A stretch of DNA of 64,000 nucleotides. It comes from Candidatus Yanofskybacteria bacterium RIFCSPLOWO2_01_FULL_39_28. Lineage in GTDB: Bacteria; Patescibacteriota; Minisyncoccia; 2-02-FULL-40-12; GWA2-44-9. The notes below the pieces were generated by a model that was not told the DNA's origin, did no database searches, and saw only the letters and a list, made by a program, of their open reading frames with translations. Position 1 is the first letter of the stretch. Every line of letters starts with the position of its first letter. The stretch lies in the NCBI GenBank assembly GCA_001794635.1, contig MGKE01000011.1:20682-84681 (forward strand), in the 5' to 3' direction. The position numbers and the translations under genes are program-made. Shown here one piece after another: positions 9,330 to 19,465 of this stretch.

Positions 9330-10154
9330 TTATTTGGTACGCCTGCGCATTATAAATTTGCCTGATTTCTTTTTCTTGTTTCTTGTTTTCCTACCACCAG
9401 TGATTTTTCCGGTTGCGGTTTTAGGTCTTCTGGTGCCCCTTCCTTGTTTGCCTTCACCGCCACCATATGGATGGTCAACTGGGTTTTTAACAGATCCTCT
9501 GACTTTTGGCCTCCGGCCAAGCCATCTTGATCTTCCTGCTTTACCTAAATTAATTAACCGATGTTCCATATTTGAAACTTGACCAATTGATGCATAACAT
9601 TCTTCTGAAACTATTCTTATTTCCGATGATGGCATTACTAATTGGACATAACCGCCGTCACTGGCCAAAACCGTGGCTCCAGATCCGGCTGAACGAACTA
9701 TCTTGCCACCCTGACCAGGAAAAAGCTCAATATTATAGACTATCGTGCCTTGAGGGATATTCTTCAGTTTCATTCTGTTGCCTGGCTTGAGTGGCGACTT
9801 TTCAGAAGTAACAACGGTTTCACCAACTTTTAAATCTTGCGGAGCAATTATGTATCTTACTTCACCGTCGGTAAAATGAAGACGGGCAATTCTAGCGGTT
9901 CTATATGGATCGTACTCTAAACCAGCGATTTTTGCTGGTATGTTAAATTTATCCTGACGAAAATCAATCTGCCGGTACAATCTCTTAGCTCCCCCGCCCC
10001 GATAATGACTGGTTACTCGGCCCTTATTATTTCTTCCGAAAGAACGTTTGTGAAACGATGTTAAAGACTTCAAAGGACCGGACTTAGAAAGTTCGGAAAA
10101 ATCATAACCTTTCATTTGCCGCCTTGATGGTGTTGTCGGATTGTATGACTTCAT
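9330..10154 (-). CDS. rplB: 50S ribosomal protein L2
   Basis: [14 protein letters not shown]... start at the ATG at 10154. The track ORF begins at a TTG at 10166, inside the repeat. Confidence 0.9.
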   Translation of the reverse strand: MKSYNPTTPSRRQMKGYDFSELSKSGPLKSLTSFHKRSFGRNNKGRVTSHYRGGGAKRLYRQIDFRQDKFNIPAKIAGLEYDPYRTARIARLHFTDGEVRYIIAPQDLKVGETVVTSEKSPLKPGNRMKLKNIPQGTIVYNIELFPGQGGKIVRSAGSGATVLASDGGYVQLVMPSSEIRIVSEECYASIGQVSNMEHRLINLGKAGRSRWLGRRPKVRGSVKNPVDHPYGGGEGKQGRGTRRPKTATGKITGGRKTRNKKKKSGKFIMRRRTK

Positions 10155-10155
10155 A

Positions 10156-10250
10156 TTTACTACCAATTACGAATCTATCTAATGTACCAATCTACAAATT
10201 AAGATTTCTTATTCGTAGATTTGTATATTTGTCACATTTGTAATTCGTAG
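10156..10250. repeat. family-1 repeat, copy 3 (rplB/rplW spacer)
   Basis: TTACTACCAATTACGAATCTATCTAATGTACCAATCTACAAATTAAGATTTCTTATTCGTAGATTTGTATATTTGTCACATTTGTAATTCGTAG. Confidence 0.85.
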
Positions 10251-10682
10251 TTATGGCTTTGCTTGACCTATTACATACCCTTCTTCAAGAACAATGATTG
10301 CCTTTTTAAATCCCGATTTTGAACCTGGATGCTTTCCAAAATCTCTTCTTTTTTCCGGCATATTTAAAATTTTGACACTCTTAACTTTAACACCAAACAA
10401 TCTGGCTACTTCTTTTTTAACTTCTGATTTATTAGCAGTATTAAAAACCTTGAAAACATACTGGTTCATTCCTGATCCCAAAGAAGCTTTTTCACTTACA
10501 AAGAAACCCTGAAGCACTCTATGAGTTTGGGAACCGCTAACTCCAGAAAAAGCAGCGCTACCCTGGCCTGACACATTGTCTTTTGTTTCTTCCTTGACCA
10601 TTTCCCCAGTCTCAACATCACGCAACTCATCTTTTGCTTTTGACTTTTCTTTTTTGTTTTTATCTTTTCCAAATAATGACAT
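10251..10682 (-). CDS. rplW: 50S ribosomal protein L23 with ~45-aa N-terminal extension
   Basis: C-terminal L23 core (YVFKVFNTANKSEVKKEVARLFGVKVKSVKILN). The N-terminus is a charged, low-complexity region. Confidence 0.85.
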   Translation of the reverse strand: MSLFGKDKNKKEKSKAKDELRDVETGEMVKEETKDNVSGQGSAAFSGVSGSQTHRVLQGFFVSEKASLGSGMNQYVFKVFNTANKSEVKKEVARLFGVKVKSVKILNMPEKRRDFGKHPGSKSGFKKAIIVLEEGYVIGQAKP

Positions 10683-10692
10683 GTGTTTTTAG

Positions 10693-10808
10693 TTAATCGG
10701 TAAGATAAGTATTTTGAAGGATTTACGGAGGCCGACTGGGCCGAGTAAAAGATGAAATTTTAGTAAAAATTTACATCGTGCCTGAAAAATACTTATCTTA
10801 CCGATTAA
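10693..10808. repeat. family-2 structured intergenic repeat, copy b (rplW/rplD spacer)
   Basis: A perfect 23-bp inverted repeat (10693-10715 with 10786-10808) encloses a core homologous to 1485-1542. Internal hairpin pairs 10751-10761 with 10766-10777. Confidence 0.7.
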
Positions 10809-10827
10809 CACAGAACTCTCGTTACAA

Positions 10828-11469
10828 CTATTTATTTAAATTACCTATAACACTAACTGCATCTTTCATAACTAACAAATTCTTCCTGGCCATAATATCT
10901 AAAGCGTTTAAATTTCTGGCTTCCATTACATCAATCTTAGACAAATTTTTAGTTACCCTTTCAACAGTATCTTTCAACTTGTCCGGTATAATCAAAAGAA
11001 TACTTCCGTGTTTGACTGGAAATAGTTGGTTAATATTTTTAACCAATCCGGCCATTTCTTTTGTTTTCCAATTACTAAGATTAATAGAATCAACAACTAC
11101 AAACTCTTTATCTTTAACCTTTGAGGACAATGCTACAAATAAAGCTTTGCGGGCCATGTTTTTGTTGACTTTCTTTTTGAAAATTCTTTCTTTTCGCGGA
11201 CCAAATGTTACTCCTCCACCTTTCCAAATTGGTGACCTTGTTGAACCGTGTCTGGCTCTGCCTGTTCCTTTTTGTTTCCATGGTTTTTTGCCACCACCCC
11301 TGACATCACTTCTGTCTTTTGTGTGAGCTATTGTTTGTCTTTTATTTGCTATCTGAGAAGTAACGACTTGGTGCAAAAGATCTTTGTTCATCGGCACAGC
11401 AAAAACACCTTCCGGTAATTCTACCTTACCTATGTTTTGCGCTGATTGGTTGTATAATGGATAATCCAT
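10828..11469 (-). CDS. rplD: 50S ribosomal protein L4
   Basis: RGGGKKPWKQKGTGRARHGSTRSPIWKGGGVTFGP motif. Confidence 0.95.
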   Translation of the reverse strand: MDYPLYNQSAQNIGKVELPEGVFAVPMNKDLLHQVVTSQIANKRQTIAHTKDRSDVRGGGKKPWKQKGTGRARHGSTRSPIWKGGGVTFGPRKERIFKKKVNKNMARKALFVALSSKVKDKEFVVVDSINLSNWKTKEMAGLVKNINQLFPVKHGSILLIIPDKLKDTVERVTKNLSKIDVMEARNLNALDIMARKNLLVMKDAVSVIGNLNK

Positions 11470-11470
11470 A

Positions 11471-11574
11471 TTTACTACATTTACTACGAATTACAAATCT
11501 CACTAATTTACGAATCTACTAATAAAAATCTGAATTCGTAGATTAGTATATTTGGTCTATTCGTAATTGGTAGT
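11471..11574. repeat. family-1 repeat, copy 4 (rplD/rplC spacer)
   Basis: A divergent copy that keeps both outer arms (TTACTACGAATTAC ... TATTCGTAATTGGTAG) and the inner arms. Confidence 0.75.
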
Positions 11575-12225
11575 TTATTGCGATTGTATTCCAATTATTC
11601 CGCCCTTATTACCAGGAATAGCTCCTTTTAATGCTAGTAAATTGTTCTCCTGATCAATTTGGACAACCTTCAATCCTCTAACCGTAAACTGAGCGTGACC
11701 CATTCTTCCAGGCATTCTCATTCCTTTCAAGGTATGCTGAGGGAATCTTTGTCCGATTGAACCGGCATGGCGCATTACTGAATGGTGGCCATGGCTGGCT
11801 GGCATACCGCTGAAACCATGCCTTTTCACAACTCCTTGAAAACCCTTGCCTTTGGTAAATCCGGTTACACGAACCTTGTCTCCAACACTAAAAATTGAAA
11901 CATCTATCTTGTGGCCAACGACCAAATCAGAACTAATTTGATCTTGCTCTTGGCCTCTTGAGCTTTTACCCTTACTATCAAGCCGAAATTCTCGCAATAT
12001 TGCAAAATTGCCTAATTTTTTAAAGTGTCCCTTTTGGGGTTTTTTAATATTCTTTTCTTTCCTTGTTCCATAACCAATTTGGACTGCTTCGTATTTGTCT
12101 TTGTCTTTCGTTCTTACCTGAACTACAGTATTTGGTTCCGCCTTAATAATAGTCACTGGAATGACTTCCCCTTTTTCGTCGTATATCTGAGACATTCCCA
12201 ATTTTTTACCTAAAATAAATTTCAT
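11575..12225 (-). CDS. rplC: 50S ribosomal protein L3
   Basis: MKFILGKKLGMSQIYDEKGEVIPVTII... typical L3. Confidence 0.95.
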   Translation of the reverse strand: MKFILGKKLGMSQIYDEKGEVIPVTIIKAEPNTVVQVRTKDKDKYEAVQIGYGTRKEKNIKKPQKGHFKKLGNFAILREFRLDSKGKSSRGQEQDQISSDLVVGHKIDVSIFSVGDKVRVTGFTKGKGFQGVVKRHGFSGMPASHGHHSVMRHAGSIGQRFPQHTLKGMRMPGRMGHAQFTVRGLKVVQIDQENNLLALKGAIPGNKGGIIGIQSQ

Positions 12226-12228
12226 AAC

Positions 12229-12323
12229 AACTACAAATTACGAATCTAATCAAATTTACGAATCTACAAATTAAGATTTATTATTCGTAGATTTGTATAT
12301 TTGTTAAATTTGTAATTAGTAGT
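12229..12323. repeat. family-1 repeat, copy 5 (upstream of rplC)
   Basis: CAACTACAAATTACGAATCTAATCAAATTTACGAATCTACAAATTAAGATTTATTATTCGTAGATTTGTATATTTGTTAAATTTGTAATTAGTAG. Confidence 0.85.
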
Positions 12324-12615
12324 AAATTTTCCAATAAAAATACCGGACTCAGCCGGCAATGCAAGCTAAATCTATTAAACTTTTCTATAAAATGGTTACG
12401 TGTTTATCAGAACCAATCTATTAAATTAAGATAGTTAATACAACAGAGTAATTTTATAAACCGGTCCCATAGACGGATTCAACAGTTCCCTTTCGGGCTT
12501 ATCAAATCACTTGCTAGGGTTAAGCCGGATAACTACTACTATTAGATTACTACCTTATTCTCTCGTCTCAGTCACCTGAGGCGAGAAGTAAAGAAACAAT
12601 TACCCTTGCTGTCTT

Positions 12616-12822
12616 TCAGAACTTAAGCCGCTCCATCATTGTTCGGATTTGTTCATGGGCGGTTTTGATCGCCTCGACCAAAACCTTCTGGCGCTCTGGA
12701 GTATCATACTCCACGTGCCGCAGCGCCTGAATTAATCCTTCCAACTGATCTAACTCTCTAATCTTGTCCAACTGCTCAGGAGACACATTTGGTATTTCTA
12801 CAGACATTGGTTCTTGTTCCAT
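12616..12822 (-). CDS. hypothetical helical protein inserted between rpsJ and rplC
   Basis: ORF 12616..12843. The Met at 12822 (MEQEPMSVEIP...) avoids most of the overlap with rpsJ. No family recognised. Confidence 0.4.
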   Translation of the reverse strand: MEQEPMSVEIPNVSPEQLDKIRELDQLEGLIQALRHVEYDTPERQKVLVEAIKTAHEQIRTMMERLKF

Positions 12823-12826
12823 GGTT

Positions 12827-13171
12827 TTACATCTTAACCTCAATATCCACGCCGGCGGGGAGATTGAGATTCATTAATGAATCAATAATCTTGGGTGTTG
12901 GGTTGGGGACGTCAATGATTCTCTTATGCGTTCTCATTTCGAACTGTTCTCGGGAATTTTTATCAATAAATGTTGAGCGGTTAACTGTATATTTGTTTAT
13001 CTCGGTTGGCAATGGTACCGGACCGGTCGGCTTGCCACCGTATCTTTCAATCGTCTCAACAATCTGCTGGGCAGATTTATCAATAATCTTATTGTCATAA
13101 GCCCGCAGTTTAATGCGTATTCTTTGACTTACCTCTTTTTCTTTCTCTTTTTTTTCTTTTTTCGTTGCCAT
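12827..13171 (-). CDS. rpsJ: 30S ribosomal protein S10
   Basis: [39 protein letters not shown] motif, plus a Lys/Glu N-terminal extension. Confidence 0.95.
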   Translation of the reverse strand: MATKKEKKEKEKEVSQRIRIKLRAYDNKIIDKSAQQIVETIERYGGKPTGPVPLPTEINKYTVNRSTFIDKNSREQFEMRTHKRIIDVPNPTPKIIDSLMNLNLPAGVDIEVKM

Positions 13172-13218
13172 ATTACTAAAGAACTAGCAAATCCCGCTTA
13201 AACGGGATTTGATTTTTA

Positions 13219-14421
13219 TTATACACTGATTTTTGTTACCACTCCTGCACCGACAGTTTTACCACCCTCTCGAATAGCAAATCTCTGTTTTTCTTCCATG
13301 GCGATCGGGGCAATCAGTTTGACTTTCAAATTAGAAGTATCACCCGGCATAACCATTTCTGTTCCTTCCGGAAGAATCACTTCGCCCGTAACATCGGTAG
13401 TTCGGAAATAAAATTGTGGTTTATAACCTTTAAAGAAAGGTGTGTGTCTTCCGCCTTCTTCTTTGGTTAAGACGTAGATTTCAGCATCAAATTCTGTATG
13501 AGGAGTAATAGAACCTGGTTTAGCCAAAACTTGGCCTCTTTCAATATCTTCTTTTTTAACACCCCTCAACAGAACTCCAGCATTGTCTCCGGCCATACCT
13601 TCGTCAAGAGATTTATTGAACATTTCAATACCAGTAACAACGGTTTTGGCAGTTGGTTTCAAGCCGACTATTTCTATTTCTTCGTTAACTTTAACCACAC
13701 CTCTTTCAATTCTTCCTGTAACAACAGTGCCTCGGCCTTCAATTGAGAAAATATCTTCAACTGGCATCAGGAATGGTTTTTCGGTTTCACGAACTGGATC
13801 AGGGATATAAGCATCAAGTTGGTCAACAAGTTCTTTGACTTTCTTAACCCATTCGTCGTCTTTTGATTTTCCTTCAAGAGCTTTAAGACCGGAGCCTCTG
13901 ATAATAGGGGTTTTGTCTCCTGGAAATTGGTATTTATTTAAAAGTTCCCTTATTTCTTGCTCAACCAAATCAATCATTTCTGGATCATCAACCTGATCAA
14001 CTTTGTTTAAGAAAACAAGCAGATAAGGCACGCCGACCTGTCTGGCAAGAAGGATGTGCTCTCTGGTTTGAGGCATCGGGCCGTCAGAAGCGGCGACAAC
14101 TAAAACTGCAGCATCCATCTGAGCGGCGCCGGTAATCATGTTTTTGATGTAGTCCTGGTGGCCAGGAGCATCAACGTGGGCATAATGCCTCTTAGGTGTT
14201 TCGTATTCTGAATGGTGCAAAGCAATGGTAATACCTCTGGCTCTTTCCTCGGGGGCGTTGTCTATTTGGTCAACACCTTCAGCTCGAGCGCTGTAACCCT
14301 CATCCTTAAACAAATTTAAAGTATGCAAAATCGACGCGGTAAGAGTAGTTTTACCGTGGTCAACGTGACCGATAGTGCCGACATTCAAGTGCGGCTTGGT
14401 TCTTTCAAATTTTCCTGCCAT
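13219..14421 (-). CDS. tuf: elongation factor Tu
   Basis: [15 protein letters not shown] and NKVD GTPase motifs; 400 aa. Confidence 0.98.
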   Translation of the reverse strand: MAGKFERTKPHLNVGTIGHVDHGKTTLTASILHTLNLFKDEGYSARAEGVDQIDNAPEERARGITIALHHSEYETPKRHYAHVDAPGHQDYIKNMITGAAQMDAAVLVVAASDGPMPQTREHILLARQVGVPYLLVFLNKVDQVDDPEMIDLVEQEIRELLNKYQFPGDKTPIIRGSGLKALEGKSKDDEWVKKVKELVDQLDAYIPDPVRETEKPFLMPVEDIFSIEGRGTVVTGRIERGVVKVNEEIEIVGLKPTAKTVVTGIEMFNKSLDEGMAGDNAGVLLRGVKKEDIERGQVLAKPGSITPHTEFDAEIYVLTKEEGGRHTPFFKGYKPQFYFRTTDVTGEVILPEGTEMVMPGDTSNLKVKLIAPIAMEEKQRFAIREGGKTVGAGVVTKISV

Positions 14422-14561
14422 TGATTAGCTAATAGCTAGTAGCAAATAGTTAGTAGCTAAGGCCAGCTGAACTGGCTAGGAAAGCTAAAAACTGAAAAGC
14501 TAAAAAGCTAGATTACCATAATAACAAACAAGTAATGTCTATTCTAACAAACACACTTAAC

Positions 14562-14864
14562 TTAGTCAACATGTGGACTATTCAACCCTTTTTCTTCGGC
14601 TTCAATCTGGCTCTTTAAGGCCAAAATCTCTTTGTTTAATCTGTCTAGTATTTCTGTCTCTTTATCGTGAAAACTTCGGCCATTGGAACTAATTGAACCG
14701 TTGTTGGTCGGATGTTTAATTGTTACTTCTTTTTCCGTATTAACATTTACTGCCATATTCTTATATGTATCATATCCTAGGATTACAAATGACGGCTCCC
14801 CATTATCCAAAACCAAAACAGAGGTAGAATCCTTTATTAATTTTTTCAGTTCGTTTATATCCAT
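14562..14864 (-). CDS. hypothetical protein with Phd/YefM-like N-terminus and coiled-coil tail
   Basis: VLVLDNGEPSFVILGYDTYKNM resembles the antitoxin Phd/YefM beta-strand core. No partner toxin is adjacent. Confidence 0.4.
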   Translation of the reverse strand: MDINELKKLIKDSTSVLVLDNGEPSFVILGYDTYKNMAVNVNTEKEVTIKHPTNNGSISSNGRSFHDKETEILDRLNKEILALKSQIEAEEKGLNSPHVD

Positions 14865-14870
14865 GATTTA

Positions 14871-15104
14871 TTAGTATTCTCTTTTCTTGATATCCTCCAT
14901 AATACTGGCTAATAATTTTTGCAAACCCGTTATCTCAAGATTAGCATCAAGAACTAATCTATCCTGCTCTACTTCTAAAGCTGGGTCGTCAAACTTTTCT
15001 CCAATATCGGATAAAGCGTGAATCCTTCTCTGAATCATTTCAATTTTAAATTTAATCTCTTCTTTTAAATCTTCTTGGTCTATTTTGGGTTGTTCAGAAC
15101 TCAT
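14871..15104 (-). CDS. hypothetical coiled-coil protein
   Basis: The ATG at 15104 lies 4 nt after the fusA stop and is preceded by AAGGTAAG. The track ORF extends to 15125. Confidence 0.4.
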   Translation of the reverse strand: MSSEQPKIDQEDLKEEIKFKIEMIQRRIHALSDIGEKFDDPALEVEQDRLVLDANLEITGLQKLLASIMEDIKKREY

Positions 15105-15108
15105 AATT

Positions 15109-17214
15109 TTATTTCTTACCTTCAATTATCTGCTGAGATACATTATTCGGCACAATCTCATAATGACTGAACTCCATAGTAAACGTTCCTCTGCCTTCAG
15201 TCAATGATCGCAAGGTCGTGGCATAACCAAACATTTCAGCAAGAGGAACTTTAGATTCAATAACTTTTAGACCCAAGCTTCCACGATCATTAATATTTAA
15301 AATCTGTCCCCGTCTTGAAGCTAAATCTCCAGTGGATTCACCCATAAATCTTTCTGGAGTAATTACTTCTAACTTCATAATTGGTTCAAGCAAGACCAAC
15401 TTGGCTCTTTTAGCCGCCTCCTGAAGAGCCATCGCTCCGGCTATCTTGAAAGCGATTTCAGAAGAGTCAACGTCATGATAAGAACCGTCATATAAGGTCA
15501 CCATGATATCCACCAAAGGAAAGCCGGCCAGAACACCTTTATCCAAAGCTTCTCGAACACCTTTTTCTGTCGGATTAATAAATTCTTCTGGAACAGAACC
15601 TCCTTTAATGGCATTAACAAATTCAAATCCACTTCCCCTTTCTTTTGGCTCAACCCTTAACCAAACATGGCCATATTGACCACGGCCACCAGATTGACGA
15701 ATATATTTACCTTCAGCTTGAGCTTCTGCGCTAATCGTTTCCTTGTAGGCCACTTGGGGTCGGCCAACATTAACACCCACACCAAACTCTCTTCTCATGC
15801 GGTCAACGATAATCTCCAGATGGAGTTCGCCCATACCCGAAATAATCATTTCAGCTGTTTCTGTATCAGTTTTAATTCTAAAAGTCGGATCCTCATCAGA
15901 AAGCTTTCTCAAGGCAATGCCCATTTTCTCCTGATCAGCTTTAGTCTTGGGCTCAATTCGCAAAGATATGACCGGCTCCGGAACATCTATACCCTCCAAA
16001 ACTATTGGGTTATCTGGATCGCAAAGAGTATCGCCGGTTTTGGTATCTTTCATGCCAACCGTTGCCGCAATATTGCCGGCATATATTTCTTTAATTTCTT
16101 CTCTTTGGTTAGCATGTAATCTGACAATACGGCTAATACGCTCTTGCTGACCGCTTCTGGTATTTAAAACGTAAGACCCCGAAGCCAATTTGCCCGAATA
16201 AACCCTAAAAAATGTAAGTGATCCAACAAACGGATCAGTAGCTGTTTTAAAAGCCAACGCAGTAAAAGGCGCATTGTCATCAGCCGCAATCTCTTTAATT
16301 TCGCCGGTCTTAGCAATAGTTCCCTTAGTTGGAGGAATATCCACCGGAGATGGTAAATAATATGCCACCGCATCAAGAACCAATTGGACTCCTCTGTTTT
16401 TCAGGGCAGAACCACACAAAACCGGGAAAATTTTATTATTTAAGGTTGCTATTCTTAGGATAGTTCGCAATCTTTCCAAACTTATTTCTTTACCTTCAAG
16501 ATAATCGGCCATGGCCTGATCATCCTGCTCAACTATTTTTTCAATTGTATTAGCCCTTTCTTTTTCGGCTTCAGCTTTAAGATTTTCGGGAATAGCACCT
16601 TTGATTATTTTCTCTCCCTTAGGACCTTCAAAAGTAAAATACTCCATCGTTAACAAATCAACAATTCCCTGGAACTGGTCTTCATGGCCATCCGGAATTT
16701 GAAGTTTAACTGCATTAGGAGAAAGTCTTTCAAGAATAGATTGAAATGAACGGTCAAAAGAAGCTCCTAGCCGATCAAGTTTATTAATAAAACAAATGCG
16801 GGGAACTTGATAATCATCGGCATAGCGCCAGTTTGTTTCTGATTGCGGTTCTACTCCAGCCACACCGTCAAAAACAACAACCGCTCCATCAAGAACCCTA
16901 AGAGATCTTTTGACCTCAATAGTGAAATCAATATGTCCCGGCGTATCAATAATATTTAATTTAACTTTATCTCCGGCTGGGTCTTTTGAATCAGTCGGCG
17001 ACCAATAGGCAGTCGTGGCGGCGGCGGTAATAGTTATTCCCCTCTCTCGCTCCTGCTCCATCCAGTCCATTACTGTATCACCCTCATGAACTTCGCCTAT
17101 TTTATGAGAAATTCCGGTATAAAAAAGAATCCTCTCACTAGTGGTTGTTTTACCCGCATCTATGTGAGCTATTACTCCGAAGTTTCTAATTTTATTTATT
17201 GGATAATCGGCCAT
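15109..17214 (-). CDS. fusA: elongation factor G
   Basis: AHIDAGKTTTSERIL, DTPGHIDF and NKLDR motifs; 701 aa. Confidence 0.98.
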   Translation of the reverse strand: MADYPINKIRNFGVIAHIDAGKTTTSERILFYTGISHKIGEVHEGDTVMDWMEQERERGITITAAATTAYWSPTDSKDPAGDKVKLNIIDTPGHIDFTIEVKRSLRVLDGAVVVFDGVAGVEPQSETNWRYADDYQVPRICFINKLDRLGASFDRSFQSILERLSPNAVKLQIPDGHEDQFQGIVDLLTMEYFTFEGPKGEKIIKGAIPENLKAEAEKERANTIEKIVEQDDQAMADYLEGKEISLERLRTILRIATLNNKIFPVLCGSALKNRGVQLVLDAVAYYLPSPVDIPPTKGTIAKTGEIKEIAADDNAPFTALAFKTATDPFVGSLTFFRVYSGKLASGSYVLNTRSGQQERISRIVRLHANQREEIKEIYAGNIAATVGMKDTKTGDTLCDPDNPIVLEGIDVPEPVISLRIEPKTKADQEKMGIALRKLSDEDPTFRIKTDTETAEMIISGMGELHLEIIVDRMRREFGVGVNVGRPQVAYKETISAEAQAEGKYIRQSGGRGQYGHVWLRVEPKERGSGFEFVNAIKGGSVPEEFINPTEKGVREALDKGVLAGFPLVDIMVTLYDGSYHDVDSSEIAFKIAGAMALQEAAKRAKLVLLEPIMKLEVITPERFMGESTGDLASRRGQILNINDRGSLGLKVIESKVPLAEMFGYATTLRSLTEGRGTFTMEFSHYEIVPNNVSQQIIEGKK

Positions 17215-17275
17215 TGACTAAATATGAATAATTTGTTACTTTATGGTTTAGTTTTATCTTTAACAAGGAGACATT

Positions 17276-17518
17276 ATGATTTGGATTCTGTTTGGAATTG
17301 TGGTTTATCTCGTAATTGGAATCATCCTTGCAAATAATACTCCACTTGGGGAAAAAGAATTTCCAGGATATCCAACCAAACTCACTTTGCTTTGGATACT
17401 GCCCATTTTCGCTTATATTTCCTTTGGGATTGGCCTATTGTTAATCGAATTTTGTGACAATTCCTTATTTCCATACAAACCAAAACCAATAGAAGACAGA
17501 TTTTTCCAGCCACGCTAA
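17276..17518 (+). CDS. small two-TM membrane protein, opposite strand inside the str operon
   Basis: AAGGAG lies 7 nt upstream of the ATG. The 80-aa product is hydrophobic. Confidence 0.5.
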   Translation: MIWILFGIVVYLVIGIILANNTPLGEKEFPGYPTKLTLLWILPIFAYISFGIGLLLIEFCDNSLFPYKPKPIEDRFFQPR

Positions 17519-17596
17519 GTGGCTTTTGTTTTTATTCCGATCACTTAATTACGATTCAAAAATTCTTTCATTGATGGTTCTTTCTTTAATTCTGAA

Positions 17597-17762
17597 ATAG
17601 TTGTGTGCTTGAGGCGAGTTCGAGGCAGAGCTTGAGTATTAGCCGAGACGTACTTAATAGTACGGCGAGGTCAAACGGAAAGCTCTAACGAAGAAATCGC
17701 CCAAGCCCCTGTGGTTTGCCGTAGGCCTTAAGTTTTAGTTGGCCAGGCAAACACACAACTAT
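17597..17762. ncRNA. candidate structured RNA element (multi-helix), strand undetermined
   Basis: A perfect 11-bp closing helix pairs 17597-17607 (ATAGTTGTGTG) with 17752-17762 (CACACAACTAT). Nested helices include CTTGAGGCGA/TCGCCCAAG, GAGCTT/AAGCTC, CGTAC/GTACG and GTTTGCC/GGCAAAC. Confidence 0.45.
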
Positions 17763-17763
17763 T

Positions 17764-18231
17764 TCACCAGGCGAAATGGGCGAATGCCTTGTTAGCCTCC
17801 GCCATGCGATGTACATCCATCTTCTTCTTAACCGCATTTCCAGTATTATTGGCTGCATTCAATAATTCTTCGGCCAACTTTTCTCTCATTGGTTTGCCTT
17901 TTTGAGCACGGGCCGCAATAATTATCCAGCGCAAAGCCAAAGCAATTTTTCTTTCAGGCCGAACTTCTATCGGCACCTGGTAATTAGCTCCGCCCACTCT
18001 TCTTGAACGAAGTTCCATTTGAGGAGTTACGTTTTCCATTGCCTTTTCAAAAACCTCCAAAGCCGGTTTGTTTGTTTTTTTCTCAAGAATATCAAAAGCG
18101 CCATAAACAATTTTCATAGCCGCCGCTTTGTTGCCACTCCTCATTATGTAATTAGTTAATTTGGCAACTAAAAGATTAGAATATTTTATATCGGCTTCAA
18201 GATGAGTTTTCTTTTTTACGGGTCTGCGCAT
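17764..18231 (-). CDS. rpsG: 30S ribosomal protein S7
   Basis: 155 aa, ...[17 protein letters not shown]... AFAHFAW C-terminus. Confidence 0.95.
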   Translation of the reverse strand: MRRPVKKKTHLEADIKYSNLLVAKLTNYIMRSGNKAAAMKIVYGAFDILEKKTNKPALEVFEKAMENVTPQMELRSRRVGGANYQVPIEVRPERKIALALRWIIIAARAQKGKPMREKLAEELLNAANNTGNAVKKKMDVHRMAEANKAFAHFAW

Positions 18232-18267
18232 TGGGTTATATTTAAATATTTAAATGTTTAAACATTC

Positions 18268-18678
18268 CTATTTGGCCTTTTTGGCGCCATACTTACTTCG
18301 CTGCTGCATTCGTCCCTCTACACCAGTGCTGTCTAACACTCCTCTTACTATATGATATCTTATTCCCGGTAAATCTTTAACCCTTCCGCCCCTAAGTACC
18401 ACTACTGAATGTTCTTGTAAATTGTGGCCGATTCCCGGAATATAGGCCGTTACTTCCATGCCGTTGGTTAATCTGACACGAGCAACTTTTCTCAAAGCCG
18501 AGTTAGGTTTCTTAGGAGTCATTGTTCTGACTTGAATGCAAACTCCCCTTTTAAAAGATGAGGGATAATATTTGGGCCTGTTCTGTATAGTATTAAATCC
18601 GTACTCCAAAGCCGGCGATTTTGTCTTCGCTTTGGATTTTCTTCTTGGTCGTTTTAGTAACTGACGATATGTGGGCAT
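18268..18678 (-). CDS. rpsL: 30S ribosomal protein S12
   Basis: [19 protein letters not shown]... [18 protein letters not shown] motifs. Confidence 0.97.
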   Translation of the reverse strand: MPTYRQLLKRPRRKSKAKTKSPALEYGFNTIQNRPKYYPSSFKRGVCIQVRTMTPKKPNSALRKVARVRLTNGMEVTAYIPGIGHNLQEHSVVVLRGGRVKDLPGIRYHIVRGVLDSTGVEGRMQQRSKYGAKKAK

Positions 18679-18795
18679 ATTGATACAATAAAATAAGACC
18701 TTCTAGTTCTGGATCTTGAATAGTTTAACAAATAAGAACCATCTATGTCAAACGATAAAACCAACGGCTCATTTTATGAGCCGTTGGTTTTGAGG

Positions 18796-19461
18796 TTATT
18801 CCTTGGGTTTTTCTTCCTCCGGGTGAAGAGATTTGTAGCTATTTAGAGTGTTGTTGTGATAAATATCGGCATCCAAGAGAATCTCATATTGGTATGCTTC
18901 CTGGAGAGCTTGGACTTTGGGGTCATTTTTTGCTATTTCCACAAGTTGTTCTTTGGTCAGGTTTGGGTCCTCTGATATTGTTTTGCGAGCATTGGGATGA
19001 GGGTTGAGAGTATGCCATCTACTTCCTGGACTAAATCTTGTAGCAAGAATGTATGTTTCGCCTGGCTTAAATAAATAATCATCAGGATTGCCATTATATT
19101 CCATAGTCCACAAAACTCCATCTTTATATCCTCCTTCCTGGCTTATAATTGCCGACTCCTCCCAGTCACCTTTTATATTCTGAATAATCTCGACTTCAAA
19201 TTGAGTAAAGGGGGTATCGTAAAATTCTTGGACTCCTAATTCTTTAATAATTTTTACAACAAAAACGTGATGAGAAGCACCCATTAGTTTTTGATCATTC
19301 TCGTAATCTGTAGGGTAGCTAGCATGAATTTCACGAACATTACTTATTCCCAAACCTTCTTTTGGTTTAGGCCAATATTGGGGGAGCATATAATATCCTA
19401 GAAATCCAACCAAAAACCCGAATATAAGTCCTAGAATAAATTTTAAAATACGACTTTTCAT
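18796..19461 (-). CDS. hypothetical membrane-anchored or secreted protein
   Basis: 221 aa with an N-terminal hydrophobic segment (ILKFILGLIFGFLVGFLGYYML). Confidence 0.5.
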   Translation of the reverse strand: MKSRILKFILGLIFGFLVGFLGYYMLPQYWPKPKEGLGISNVREIHASYPTDYENDQKLMGASHHVFVVKIIKELGVQEFYDTPFTQFEVEIIQNIKGDWEESAIISQEGGYKDGVLWTMEYNGNPDDYLFKPGETYILATRFSPGSRWHTLNPHPNARKTISEDPNLTKEQLVEIAKNDPKVQALQEAYQYEILLDADIYHNNTLNSYKSLHPEEEKPKE

Positions 19462-19465
19462 GTTT

